Shown piece by piece: positions 51,000-63,510 of a stretch of DNA of 64,000 nucleotides (position 1 is its first letter; each line of letters begins with the position of its first letter). The position numbers and the translations under genes are program-made. The notes under the pieces were generated by a model that worked only from the letters and a program-made list of their open reading frames with translations, ran no database searches and was not told the origin of the DNA. The stretch is taken from the NCBI RefSeq assembly GCF_006345805.1, contig NC_043014.1, positions 42,842,001 through 42,906,000 of the forward strand, given 5' to 3'. This DNA comes from Octopus sinensis. Lineage: Eukaryota.

Positions 51000-52560
51000 G
51001 TCATCTCTTTGTATTGCAAATTACCTTCTGACCCCACCTTCTGCTATCAATAACTCATGTCTGCCACCGTATGTCAACCCATCTCCTCTCTCACCTTCTT
51101 GCCACCATCCTCATTGTCATATTTCCTCTCTCTGCTTCCCTTACAAGTTCCTGGTTATCTATCATTCTTTTGCCTCTGCCCACTCTGCCGAGCCTGTCTC
51201 CAAGTATTTAGTTTGAAATCTCTCTCCCTCGGTTACTACTCTTTTCTTTCTACATCCATGTCATCAACTACACTTGTTTGGTTCCTCAACGTTTTTCTCC
51301 CTTTGCTGTTGCGCCCTCCTAACTTTTGCTTGTTATGGATATCAATTCTCCCTGCACTGTAAACCCTCATAATGAAGGTCTCCTCCTTCTAAAATACTTT
51401 CTGAACTGTTGCACCACTCCTAAGCCTAGTGTCCTCTCCCTTCTCTGGTTTGCCAAATTTTCTGTACTCTTAACTGTCTTTAGGCTTGGGCACACACAGC
51501 ATTGTCCAGCATCCTTAGGGGTCAAGGGATCTAGTTCTGATCTATGTATGCTGAGGTTTGCCATCATTAAATAAATATAATAGGGCTCAATGTTTTGATT
51601 TACTCAGAGGTCTTTAATGCTGTTAAGATGGTGAACAGCTGTCATGGGATAGCCATAGAAACTAAGATGGGACCTAACAACATGATCCTATTTACTACTG
51701 GTAATGTCGAGGCCCCAAAATTCTCTCATCTTACTGAACCCATTCCAGAGCTATGAGCCCATTCATTATACGGATAAATGTGGTGACACTACTTCTCCTC
51801 CCTACCCCCTTATCCCCTTAATCACCCTTCTACTTTACTTTATAATTCACTGTCCCCATCCCCATCACTTCTGTCAACTTCCTTGGTATCTTTCTTTTCA
51901 TCAACCATGCAACCCTTAACATCACCAGCTCTATCCATAACAAACCCGCCGACTCCTTCTCCTACCTTGACTTCACTCTACCCCCACCATCTCTACCATC
52001 TCTGCTTAGGATTCCTATATTTCTGCAGCCATGACTTTGAGACCCAGTCATGACATACAGCCTCTCACTTCATACAACATAGCCCTCCTCTCCTGAAATC
52101 AAAACTGCTCACATCAGTAGCCACTATACAACTTTCCTGTACCCCTTGTGTTTGCCCAACACTCCCTTTTTCCTTTTCCTCTCGTAATCTCTCTGTGTTC
52201 CTTGTCCAATTCCTACCAATTCCTACAATCTAACCTTGACACTTTCCATCTCTTCCTCAATCAACTTCTGCCCTCCTTTAAAGACATCTGCACTCTGCAT
52301 GACATACTGGTGCATAATTTCTCTCCTCATACATTAGACCTGTATTTTTTTACCTGTTCCCATCTTCATTGCTAAACCTGTCTATACTTTCTGAACACTA
52401 CCACATTTACAAGGCTCAGCGTTCATCCTCCCTATCACTGAACAGTTTGTCTGCACCACTAGGAACTTCATATACATTGCATAAAATGCTGACTATATAG
52501 CATACAATATGTAGATGAGACAGGTCAGAGATGCATCACAGTTATGTAATTATACATTAG
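51000..52560 (+). pseudogene. Decayed Penelope-like element (RT plus GIY-YIG endonuclease)
   Basis: Collinear motifs across frames: MDINSPCTVNPHNEGLLLLKYFLN (RT motif A); HGIAIETKMGPN (GxAMGTKMGP); HYTDKCG (RYIDD); NKPADSFSYLDF (KPTDSHSYL); FVCTTRNFIY..CIKC..QYVDETGQR (GIY-YIG). Confidence 0.75.
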
Positions 52561-53079
52561 GTAGTGTTCATCTTAATGAAACAGCTGTTGTTCACAATTA
52601 AAGTTTATGTGAAGTTTATGCTTTTATGTTGTATATTAGTGCAATTAAACAAATAGATTATCTTCCATTTCCACTCAGTTAATCATACATCATGGCAACT
52701 GTTCTTTGGTATTGTTATAAACTTCAGTTCTCTAATATAATGGTTTGGACAAGAACAGTAACTCATCTTTTATCATGGATCAACTCAACACCATGAGTTA
52801 AATAGTGTGTGTATGTGTGTGTGTGCATGGGTGCGTATTTGTCCATATTTTATTCAAAAGCTACACGTCAATCACCTCCTACAACCATATATATTTTTTG
52901 CTTGCCATCTCACTGGGAAGAATTGTATAACATTTATTCTGCTACATAAAGCAGTAACATTTTGAAAATCAATGGTTTGATCAATGTATTACTATTGAAA
53001 ATGCTGACTAGTTTGTTTTACAGTTGCCTTCCTTAATCTATTCTCATTTGTATCCAATTATAAGAACGAAAAGAGAAGA

Positions 53080-53115
<36 letters not shown>

Positions 53116-53124
53116 CTTGCTGGA

Positions 53125-53420
53125 TTAAGTGTTTGTTTCTCTTTTTGTCTTCTGAAATTTTATTTTTGGATCTTCTATATATATGAAGAATTTTCCTCCA
53201 TCTGGCTGTTTTTCTTTCTGCAAAAAATGACAGTTCCATAAGTTCCTTATGGAACTGTCATTTTAACGAAATTTTTTATTTATTTATCACCCGACGAGAT
53301 ATGTCCGCACCGCCGGATGCTCTTGTACCAGCTTTTGTGTCTCCCACCAGAGGAATCAATGCTGATGTGTTGAAACAATTGTTGTGATCAATAATATATC
53401 TCGTATATTCCATCTTCTGT
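53125..53420 (+). mobile_element. PLE 3' end/pLTR remnant with degenerate hammerhead (53345-53386)
   Basis: ..TR(R)DEICPHRR-like GIY-YIG tail, then CAC CAGAGGA ... GAAA C AATT GT T GTG; bounded by (TA)n. Confidence 0.5.
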
Positions 53421-53596
53421 CTTTTATTTTATATATATATATATATATCTATATATATATATATATAGTGTAATAAATAAAATATATTTATTTATTTTAT
53501 TTATTACACTATTGTCTGACAGCGCTTTCGTGTCGGGTTCGTTTCGCTACGTTGCTTCGTTCCGTTTCTTATCCTCCCAGTATTGTTTTATATATA

Positions 53597-53997
53597 TACT
53601 AGCAGTATCGCCCGGCGTTGCTTGGGTTTGTAAGGGAAATAACTATATAAGCATTTTTAGAGAGTTATAGCCAAAGAATAGCAAAAAAATGCATTAAAAA
53701 TTGAAAAAAAATTAAGGTAATTTTTTTTTTAAATCGTTGACACATCGTAGATATTTTTAGAGAGTTACTTCCCTTATATAATAACGAAAAATATGCATTA
53801 AAATGGAAAAATATGATGGTAAATTTTTTTTAAATCGTAGACTCATCGTAGACGCGCGCTAATACCCAGAAGGGCTCGATATGAATCACGACTATAAGAT
53901 ACCCGCTTTTGGTTAAACTGCACCGCAAAATGTGGGAGTAGTTACGAATCTAAATCGTAGGACACAGGCACACAACTTCACTTTTATATATAAAGAT
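53597..53997 (+). mobile_element. Non-autonomous Helitron-like element (Lep1/HINE-type termini)
   Basis: 5' TACTAGCAGTATCGCCCGGCGTTGCTTGGG and 3' CTTTTATATATAAAGAT termini; internal ~100-bp direct duplication. Confidence 0.65.
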
Positions 53998-54108
53998 ATA
54001 AGCCACGTAGTTATATACACATACTTTGTTATATACACATTCTTAAAAGAAAATGTTATTTTGAACACAACATTTACAAAGAATAAAATATTTTTTGGTT
54101 TTTCTTAA

Positions 54109-55172
54109 CCCTTTCGTTACTATATTTCTGACCAAAATACACCCCTTATGTGTTTCAATTAATTTCTAACGTAATCATAAATTTAGTCTGGTTTCATTAA
54201 ACAACTATAACTTTTTTATTTATGAATATATTAATCTGATTTTTGGAAGATAATTTAGTGAAATGTTCTCAACCAATTCTATACTATAATTTTTGTCACA
54301 AAGTGACTCTAATTGCAGGTAGATACAGGTAAATTCAACAATATATAAAATTATTAAAATTTTGTTCAAACATCGCTATAGAAAATGGGTTATTAGCTAA
54401 TATTCAATTGGGTATACAACAAAATTTTACGATAGAATTTGTTATTCTGGGTAACTTTCTAATACCCATAATAATATTTATGGCAAAATAGGCCTTAATT
54501 TCATTTAAGGTTGTGGGAAATAACAAACTAACGTTTCTTTCGCTTTGTTTAGGTTGAGCGTAACAGTTCGTTTCCGCCGTAATGATTTCAAATAGGCTCA
54601 TTCGAAAAAGTAAAAAGAAATAGTCTAAGGCTTTACTCTTCTGGGAAAGTCTGTGGCTTGGTCCAGTTTCTTCAGAAAAATCACCGAAAGAAACAGTTTT
54701 TAAATTTTCCCTCCATTCAGGTGCCAAATCATTTTCTTTATAGCTGTCGGAGATCTCAGATTCACTGTTTTCACTTTCAGAAAATGAAACATCAGATTCA
54801 TTATCGAATACCACATGCTTTTTTTTTTTCAGTCATAGAGTTAGATTTATGAAGGTCTTCAGTAGAAAATCCTTCGAATTCTGACTCGCTGCTTGATATA
54901 ATGAAATTCGTATCCATTTTTTGTCAGAATTACAATTTTGAAAACACAATAGGAACAAATTTCGGAAAAAAATCTCCATAATCACGGAATTAAAATTACA
55001 CTTCGATTTTTGTACAAAACTGTAGTTGAACTGTTTACGAAGTATATACATGTTTTCACGAATGCTCTAAAGAGATTTACTCTGATATTCTCATTTAAAT
55101 ATGAATAGGTAAATTCGGGCGGCTTGGTCACATTAACCAAAATTTTTTTCGGGCGGTTTGGTAACGAAAGGG
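54109..55172 (-). mobile_element. Internally deleted piggyBac element
   Basis: TTAA (54105-08) plus 12-bp TIR CCCTTTCGTTAC; GTAACGAAAGGG (55161-72) plus TTAA (55173-76); contains a transposase N-terminal ORF. Confidence 0.93.
54404..54814 (-). pseudogene. piggyBac transposase N-terminal fragment (136 aa)
   Basis: Acidic N-terminus, then YFFLLFRMSLFEIITAETNCYA...TTLNEIKAYFAINIIMGIRKLPRI, typical of DDE_Tnp_1_7; no catalytic DDD region. Confidence 0.85.
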
Positions 55173-56006
55173 TTAAACGGATGCATACATTTATTAATAA
55201 CTATATATAAGTGTCGTCTGTTTATACATAAACACTGTTTCATACTGCAATTATATATACATATATCTATATATAATATTATATAATAAAATATATACAG
55301 AGTAAAATAAAAACCATTTACCTTTTCTGTATTGTTATAGCAATTCGACCGTCCGTGTGTCTTTGCAAATGTGTTGGAATGATAAGTGAGTTGTGTTTTG
55401 GCGCCTTTTTTACTAATAACAAACACACACGTGTTTGTATGTAGTTGTTTGAAACGTTTGTTTGTCACTGTCATATATGTATGTGTATGCGTGTGTGTGA
55501 GGAATGACACACACACACTCACGCATGCACACATGTACATCAATGCTTTTATGAGCGTCATAGACAGAAACAAATATTACATCGCCATCGCATTCTATTG
55601 TCTACCTGTCAACACACACACAGTGAATTACTTTCACTTTATTCGTTGCACACTGTGTGTGTGCGTGTGCTGTAAACCAGACTAAGAAAAGCATTTGACA
55701 TACACACCAGAATGTGAGTTTTCTGTAAATTTTGCTTAATTGGCACGACCCGATGTATTCTACTCTTAAAAATGCTAGGTAAATTGTAATTGAAGAAATC
55801 CTATATTGTAGATTTCTATAAGTGACAAAGGGAGGCAGATAAAATCTGCCTTTTATAATAAGAGATATATATACATACATATGAAGAGCCACATTTGTCT
55901 TCAGCTTTCGAAGCTGATGTCTTTGTGGATGTGAAATCACTGGTCACTCTATGACCGGACATAAGCTCAATTACTTTTAATATATATATATGTATATATG
56001 TATGTG

Positions 56007-56083
<77 letters not shown>

Positions 56084-56372
56084 ATAATCAAAATAAGCAA
56101 CAAGAATATCCAGGGGTAATGCAGTAATGCTTTACCTCTGGATATCCTGTTGCTTATTTTGATTTTAATCACCTTACTTTGAAATTGTATGGATAATACC
56201 GTACTAAATTCTGGTACCTCAACTTAGATACCATATTCATCTGAATCTAAATTTTTGCTGAACCAACGAATACATGCAGGTGTACCATTTGCGAGAAAGT
56301 GTGCAAGACATCTGCTGGATTGAAGGTACACATGCGGTGTCACAAGGCTTAGGAATTGTTGAAGGTTATTTA

Positions 56373-57221
56373 TAATGTTCGTCCTTCGGTTCGAAGATGA
56401 CCAACTGACATCATCTGATGGAACTGCCGCCATGAGACCAGAGGTGGCTGGTGAGGCCAATCCGGGCAAGGAAGCCCCTCCCACAGGTGGGGCAGAAGTG
56501 GGTAGGGGCAGTGCTACTGGTGCAGGCGGTTCTGACTTTACGCATCTGACGTTTCTGCTCCGCTGACCGAATCCGTCCCTCCTCGGCTGTCCCTGCTCCC
56601 ACGGTGATTGCGCTGCGCCAGGATGAGCGGTTGGCAGCAAGTGTCTCCCAGGTCTCTGTTCCAATGGAGAAGTCTTTGAGAGAGACCTTGAGACTATCCT
56701 TGTAGCGCTTTTCTGCCCTCCGACTTTGCGCCTGCCCTGGCCGAGTTCACCGTAGAAGAGCTGTTTTGGGATGCGAGTGTCGGACATGCGGGAGACGTGG
56801 CCCGCCCATCTCAGCTGGGCCTTGCGCATGATTGTGATGGTGCTAGGGAGATCTGCCTGCTTCAGAACTTCCGTGTCTGGGACTTTGTCCTGCCAGCGGA
56901 TGTGAAGGAGATTCCGAAGACACCTGAGATGGAAGTGGTTATCTGGCGCTTGTGCCTTCGGTAAGCAGTCCACGTCTCGCAGCCGTATAGTAGGGTGGTA
57001 AGCACGACTGCCCGGTAGACTTTCAGCTTGGTGTTGAGGCTGATTCCTCTCCGCTCCCAGACTTTCTTTCGCAGTCTCCCAAACGCACTGCTTGCCTTGG
57101 AGATTCTGTTGATGGTTTCAGCATCTATGTTGGCATTGCAGGAGAGAGTGCTGCCCAGGTAGGTGAAGTTTTCCACCACTCGGAGGATCTGTCCGTTCAC
57201 CCTTATCTGAGGCTCATTTAC
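56373..57221 (-). mobile_element. 5'-truncated RTE (BovB/RTE-1-like) LINE with candidate 13-bp TSD
   Basis: FTYLGSTLS..RISKASSAFGRLR..TKLKVYRAVVLTTLLYGCETW..FHLRCLR..IRWQDKVPDTEVL..QLRWAGHVSRM..PKQLFYGEL..GGQKKRYKD..CPTCGRGFLARIGLTSHLWSH; TGAAGGTTATTTA at 56360-72 and 57222-34. Confidence 0.93.
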
Positions 57222-57273
57222 TGAAGGTTATTTACTGAACCCTCAGTCATCGTCTTCGATGAGAGAATCCACC

Positions 57274-57310
<37 letters not shown>

Positions 57311-57658
57311 AAGATCTTTGTTTTTGTCCTCCAACCACTGCTTACCAACAGCAGAAAAGTTAAATACAATGAGCAGCAGACTTAAAAGAAAGTATGGAGT
57401 GGGGTGTGGCAGTTTGACTTCATTCTTCAAGATAGTGCCCTAACATGGACACGATTTAGTGTCTGAGATAAGTAAAATTTAAAAGGTTAGAAAATATAGA
57501 CCCCCAGTTACTGTCTGTGAAAGAAAAACAAAATAAGAACGGCCTTTGGTCAGCCTGAGGTTATAGTAGAAGACACTTGCCTAAGGTGCCATGCAGTGGA
57601 ACTGAACCTAGAATGAAGTTAGTTGGGAAGCAAACTTCTTACCACACAGCTATGCTAG

Positions 57659-58026
57659 AGCTTGCTTACCAACCACATGGTTCTGGGTTCAGTCCCACTG
57701 CATGGCACCTTGGGCAAGTGTCTGTGTCTTCTACTATAGCCTTGGGCTGACCAAAGCCTTGTGGGTGGATTTGGTTGATGGAAACTGAAAGAAGCCCGTC
57801 GTATACATGTGTGCCTGTGTTTCTTTGTCTGTGTTTGTCTCCCCACCATCACATGACAACCGATGCTGGTGTGTTTACATGCCTGTAACTTAATGGTTTG
57901 GCAAATGAGGCCAATAGAATAAGTACTAGGCTTACAAAGAATAATTCCTGGGGTTGATTTGCTCAACTAAAGGTGGTGCTCCAGCATGGCCACAGCCAAA
58001 TGACTGAAACAAGTAAAAGAATAAAA
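57659..58026 (+). mobile_element. SINE family A (an inverted fragment at 57541-57650 abuts it)
   Basis: Homology to family A. Confidence 0.87.
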
Positions 58027-58515
58027 GCATACATACATACATACATACATACATGCATGCATACATATGTACATACATACATACACATACACACATACAT
58101 ACATACATATACACATGCATACATACATACATATGTACGTATATACATACATGCATGCATACATACATACATACACATACATCCATATGTATTTATTTGA
58201 TTGATGAGAGATGGCAGATGGAAGATATGAGAATGCTTATTGAACACTGCAATTGTTTCGACCCATCTAGCATTGATCCCTTATGGCTGAGATACTGAAC
58301 AACTGGTTTAGGAGTATCTATTGGTGTAGATGTGTCTTTTCAGGTGATTACAAGATGTATCTCATTAAAATAACATCTGTTCTGCAAGGTTTTGTAGTGG
58401 GAATATATATTCAGGTGTTGATATGGCAGCATGTATATTATTACAGGAGTTCATACAGAGATGAAGAATAAATTCAAGAACTATATATTTACTACACAAA
58501 AATATATTTTTGTGG

Positions 58516-58839
58516 AATTATTCTTTGTAAGCTTAGTACTTACTCTATCGGTCTCTTTTGCCGAACCACTAAGTTACGGGGACATAAACACACCAGCATC
58601 GGTTGTCAAGCAATGTCAGGGGCACAAACACAGACACACAAACACACACACATATATATATACATATACATATATACGACAGGCTTCTTTCAGTTTCCAT
58701 CTACCAAATCCACTCACAAGGCTTTGGTTGGCCCAAGGCTATAGTAGAAGACACTTGCCCAAGGTGCCATGCAGTGGGACTGAACCCAGAACCATGCGGT
58801 TGGTAAGAAAGCTACTTACCACACAGCCACTCCTGCGCC
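58516..58839 (-). mobile_element. SINE family A
   Basis: Ends CAGCCACTCCTGCGCC (reverse complement of the head). Confidence 0.88.
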
Positions 58840-59319
58840 TATATGTATATATATATGTATACGTATATATACATATGTTGAATAAAATGATGATTAATTG
58901 ATCCTCTTGTATTTTTTTTTTTACCCAAAGCCAGAAACTCTTAATCACTCTCTCAAAGTAATGATACGTTAAAATTATGATTATCAAAGACAGTTGTATC
59001 ATTCTTTCGTAAAAAAGAAAAGTCTCAAAACTTCTGGAATGCACCATGTATTTCATTATCGAGTCAAAACTTGGCGAAACTCGCATTTTGTTTTGTTGTA
59101 GACATCAGTTTCTAGATGAGCATAAAACGGTGAAATGACACTAATATCAAAGTCGGTAAATACAGTTATATACTGTTTGTTCTCTTAGAATGATGGATGG
59201 TATGATAGAAACATGCTAAAACCAGAAGTGTTTGTTATTTAAGGTGAAACAGAGAACGTAAACAATTGTTAATAATGTAAATGCATAAACGAAATGTTTT
59301 ATGCAAGTTATATAAATAT

Positions 59320-59549
59320 GCAACAACAACAAAACAACAACAACAACAACAACAACAGCAGCAGCAACAACAACAACAACAACAACATTAAAAATGCCAA
59401 CTGCAAGAATCGTATTCATATTTACTGACATATTAAATGAGGCAATAAATCTACTATGTTGTAATAAATTTTGTTTATAGTGTGTTGCAACAGTAATAAT
59501 AATAATAATGACGATGACGATGATGACAATGATGATGATAATAATGATG

Positions 59550-59581
<32 letters not shown>

Positions 59582-59683
59582 GATGATGCTGATGTTAGTA
59601 ATCATGGTGGTGGTGGTTGTGGTAGTAGTAGTAGTAGTAGTAGTAGTCGTTAGTAGTAAGAAAACTTTAAAATAGCAATAATG

Positions 59684-59731
<48 letters not shown>

Positions 59732-60027
59732 GTAATAATAATAGTAATAATAATGATAGTAATAATAATAGTAATAATAATGATAGTAAAAATGATGATG
59801 GTGATGATGATGATGATAATAATAATAAAAATGATGATAATAATAGTAATATTAATAATAATAAAAATGATGATGATGATGATGATGATAATAATAATAA
59901 TAGTAGTAGTAGTAGTAGTAGTAGTGGAAATAGTTACTGTTAGTTGAAATAATAGGTAATAAAAATAAAAATGATGATAATAATAATAATAACATAACAA
60001 TAAAATAAAATAATAATAATAATAATA

Positions 60028-60060
<33 letters not shown>

Positions 60061-60160
60061 TGATGAATGAGGATGATGATGATATTTATATAATAATAAA
60101 ACAATAATAATAATAATAATAATAATAAATAATAATAATAATAATAATAAAATAATGATA
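59320..60160. repeat. (AAC)/(GAT)/(GTA)/(AAT) trinucleotide complex
   Basis: Directly visible. Confidence 0.93.
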
Positions 60161-60370
60161 ATATTCAGACAAATACATAACAAAAACACCAGGACTTACA
60201 AACAACATATAACATGCAGAGAAAATTGCACTACAGGCACTGCACACATCCTACACAGAACACTTTCCATACAATAACCATCAGAGCATCACAACAAATC
60301 ACAGCACATACCCAAGCACACAGAGCTGCGCTCGGTAGTGAAGTGAAAGCACGCTATAAAAATAAAACTA

Positions 60371-60373
<3 letters not shown>
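60161..60373 (+). mobile_element. R4/Dong 3' end (same subfamily as 35619-36292)
   Basis: Matches 36083-36292; (AAT)n flanks. Confidence 0.9.
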
Positions 60374-60405
<32 letters not shown>

Positions 60406-60610
60406 TGGTGCTAATAGTTCTAAATAATTTTGGCACAAGGCCTGCAATTTTTATGGAAAGGAGGTCAGTGGGTTACATTAACATTAGTGCTCACCTGGTA
60501 GCTATTTTATTGACCCCGAAAGAATGGAAGGGAAAAAATCAACCTCAATAGAATTTGGATGCAAAGCATGACAAATCGGGTGAAATACTGCAAGGCATTT
60601 TTTTCAACTC

Positions 60611-60644
<34 letters not shown>

Positions 60645-61100
60645 CATGCCTCCTCATTGATATAACTGTCCCAATCGATATAAACGTATTGTCAAGACCT
60701 ACCAAAAACTGAGCAAATATAAGATCTTGAAATAGAAATCAGCAAAATGTGGAACCTGAAGACTAAAAACAATACCTGTTGTCATAGGTGCCCGGGAATG
60801 ATAACAAAAGGGGCTGATTGCTACCTAACTCCGATACAGGGAACCCCAAAATGGCAGAAATTCAAGATAGTGCTCATGGGAACTGCTCATATCCTACACA
60901 AAATACTTCTATGTAATCTCAAGGTTTAAAACAAACATGTTTGTTTTTAGACATCCACTAGTACAACACAAAAAACAACCACAATATGGCACACTAGGCA
61001 TAACAACAAACGTGAACTACCAACCTGTTGTCTCTTGAGGTCTCTGGGCGAGACTTGGAGAGCAAACTTGTACAAATAAATAAAGCAAAAGTCAAACATA
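60645..61100 (+). mobile_element. R4/Dong 3' end (third subfamily)
   Basis: CLLIDITVPIDIN..QKLSKYK..EISKMWNLKTK..IPVVIGA..KIVLMGTAHILHKIL; (AAT)n flanks. Confidence 0.85.
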
Positions 61101-61150
61101 TAATAATAAATAATAATAATAATATAATAATCATAATATAATAATAGGCA

Positions 61151-61496
61151 ACAAGAGCATTCAGAGAGCATAAACTTCCACCAGAGCAAGCACCAGCATT
61201 CTCTCAACAATTAGCTGAGATGATTTTCAAAATTAGAAGATCTGAAATAAACTTGACTGCCCTCACAAATGAGAACACTAAAAATGAACCTGACCACTCT
61301 CAAAAATTAAGTAAAAAACAGGAAAAATACTCCAGAATCAGATTGATCCCAAAATTAAATCAGTTCATGCCAGTCACAAGGCCAAACATCCCTGAAAGTT
61401 TCATCCGAATCCATCCAGTGGTTCTTAAGATATCTTGTCCATGGACAAACAAACAAACACAACTGAAAATAATACCTTCGCAATCTGAGTGGAGGT
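61151..61496 (+). mobile_element. Helentron-associated (HINE-like) non-autonomous element
   Basis: ACAAGAGCATTCAGAGAGC start, sub-terminal inverted ACTTCCAC / GTGGAGGT, (ACAA)n run near the 3' end. Confidence 0.5.
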
Positions 61497-61778
61497 GCTA
61501 GATTCCCTTGTTTAAAAATATAAGGACACAGATTGTGTTGTATAGCCAGCTGGAGACGATGTCTCCTGGGGCTAAATTACAGCAACATTCGTACTAAATC
61601 AGGACTACCATGTTATGCTGGCAAGCAATCTTTACTCGAAAATATTTTCTATTTAACATGGCTTGGACATTCAAAGAATTAGCATGGGTTTTAATGATTT
61701 TGGTAATTCCCCTAATACTCTTGATTGCCCTACAGCCAATTAATCCACTAAAGTATTCTATTCTTAGTGGGCGCCACT

Positions 61779-62382
61779 AAGGCGGCGAGGTGGCAAAAAA
61801 ACGTTAGCATGCTGGGCGAAATACTTAGCGGTATTTCGTCTGCCACTATGTTCTGAGTTCAAATTCCGCGGAGGTTGACTTTGCCTTTCATCCTTTCTGG
61901 GTCGATTAAATAAGTACCAGTTACGCACTGGGGTCAATATGATCGATTTAATCCATTTGTCTGTCCTTGTTTGTCCTCTCTGTGTGTAACCCCTTGTGGG
62001 TAGTAAAGAAATAGGTATTTTGTCTGCCGCTACGTTTTGAGTTCAAATTCCGCCGAGGTCGACTTTGCCTTTATTCCTTTCGGGGTTGATTAAATAAGTA
62101 TCAATTACGCACTGGGGTCGATATGATCGACTTAATCCATTTGTCTGCCCTTGTTTGTCCTCCATGTGTTTAGCCCCTTGTGGGTAGTAAAGAAATAGGT
62201 ATTTCATCTGCCGCTATGGTCTGAGTTCAAATTCCGTCGAGGTCGACTTTGCCTTTCATCCTTACGGGGTCGATTAAATAAGTACCAGTTACGCACTGGG
62301 ATCGATATAACCGACTTTATCCGTTTGTCTGTCTTTGTTTGTCCCCTCTGTGTGTAGCCCCCTGTGGGCAGTAAAGAAATAA
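61779..62382 (+). mobile_element. SINE family B variant, tandem trimer
   Basis: Units 61779-62012, 62013-62197 and 62198-62382; units 2 and 3 lack the A box. Confidence 0.9.
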
Positions 62383-62819
62383 GGTGTTCTATTCTGGGCC
62401 CTCAGTTTCTTCTGCTGATGCTTTAGTGGTGTTCATTCCACTCAAATGGCAAGCCATATACCATCAGTGGTTCAGCCGATTCTTTCTTAATGCACTACCG
62501 AGAAACTGAGGAATACAAATACATTAACTTAACGAGCTGTTAGGAAGTACGAGTGGCTGAAATATAAAATTGGTTAAAAGGTTTTTCAAGTCATGCATTT
62601 AGACGTGAGCGTGTGTGTGTATGTGTGTGTGGGCACACAGATGTGTATGCGTATACACATGCATACACAAAGACACATGCATTTGTATTGCATAAATATG
62701 TCTGAAGATAATATATAAAGTGCAAATATCAATGCTGTTAAATTGTATTCCACGAATAAGATCCTGCACCAAGATCTTGTAAGAGATGATGTAGATGATG
62801 TGATTTACAAGTGCTGCTT

Positions 62820-62822
62820 CTA

Positions 62823-62856
<34 letters not shown>

Positions 62857-62935
62857 GATATATATATTATATATATATTATATATATATATCTATGTATG
62901 TATATATATATATATAATTATATATAATATATATA

Positions 62936-62981
<46 letters not shown>

Positions 62982-63264
62982 ATATATGTATATTGTATAT
63001 ATGTGTATGTATGTATGTATGTATATCTGTGTGGTATGTATGTATGTATGTATGTTATGTATGTATGTATGTATGTATGTATGTATGTATGTGTATATAT
63101 ATTTTCAAAACACATATAATGTATATGCGTATTATGTATATCTCACATACACATATATACATACTATAGATACATACATAAAATATATTATATTCATACA
63201 TACATATATATACATATACACATACATGTATGCATACATATATATGTGTATATATATATGTGGT

Positions 63265-63298
<34 letters not shown>

Positions 63299-63510
63299 CA
63301 CCGATATATAATATGTATGTATATATTCTATATCCGTATCTTATCTGTCTGTCTATCTATTTTCTATCTATCTATCTATCTATCATCTATCAATCTATAT
63401 ATATATATATATAAATCTTATACAAACGCCCACACACACATGCACGCACACCACACACACCACCCACCCACACACACACCACACACACACACACATGCAC
63501 ACACACATAT
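62820..63510. repeat. (TA)n/(TATG)n/(TCTA)n/(CA)n complex
   Basis: Directly visible. Confidence 0.92.

Noticed and set aside
59020-59055. Tc1/mariner-like terminal sequence (CAAAACTTCTGGAATGCACCATGTA)
   Set aside because: No matching opposite end or transposase was found in the window.
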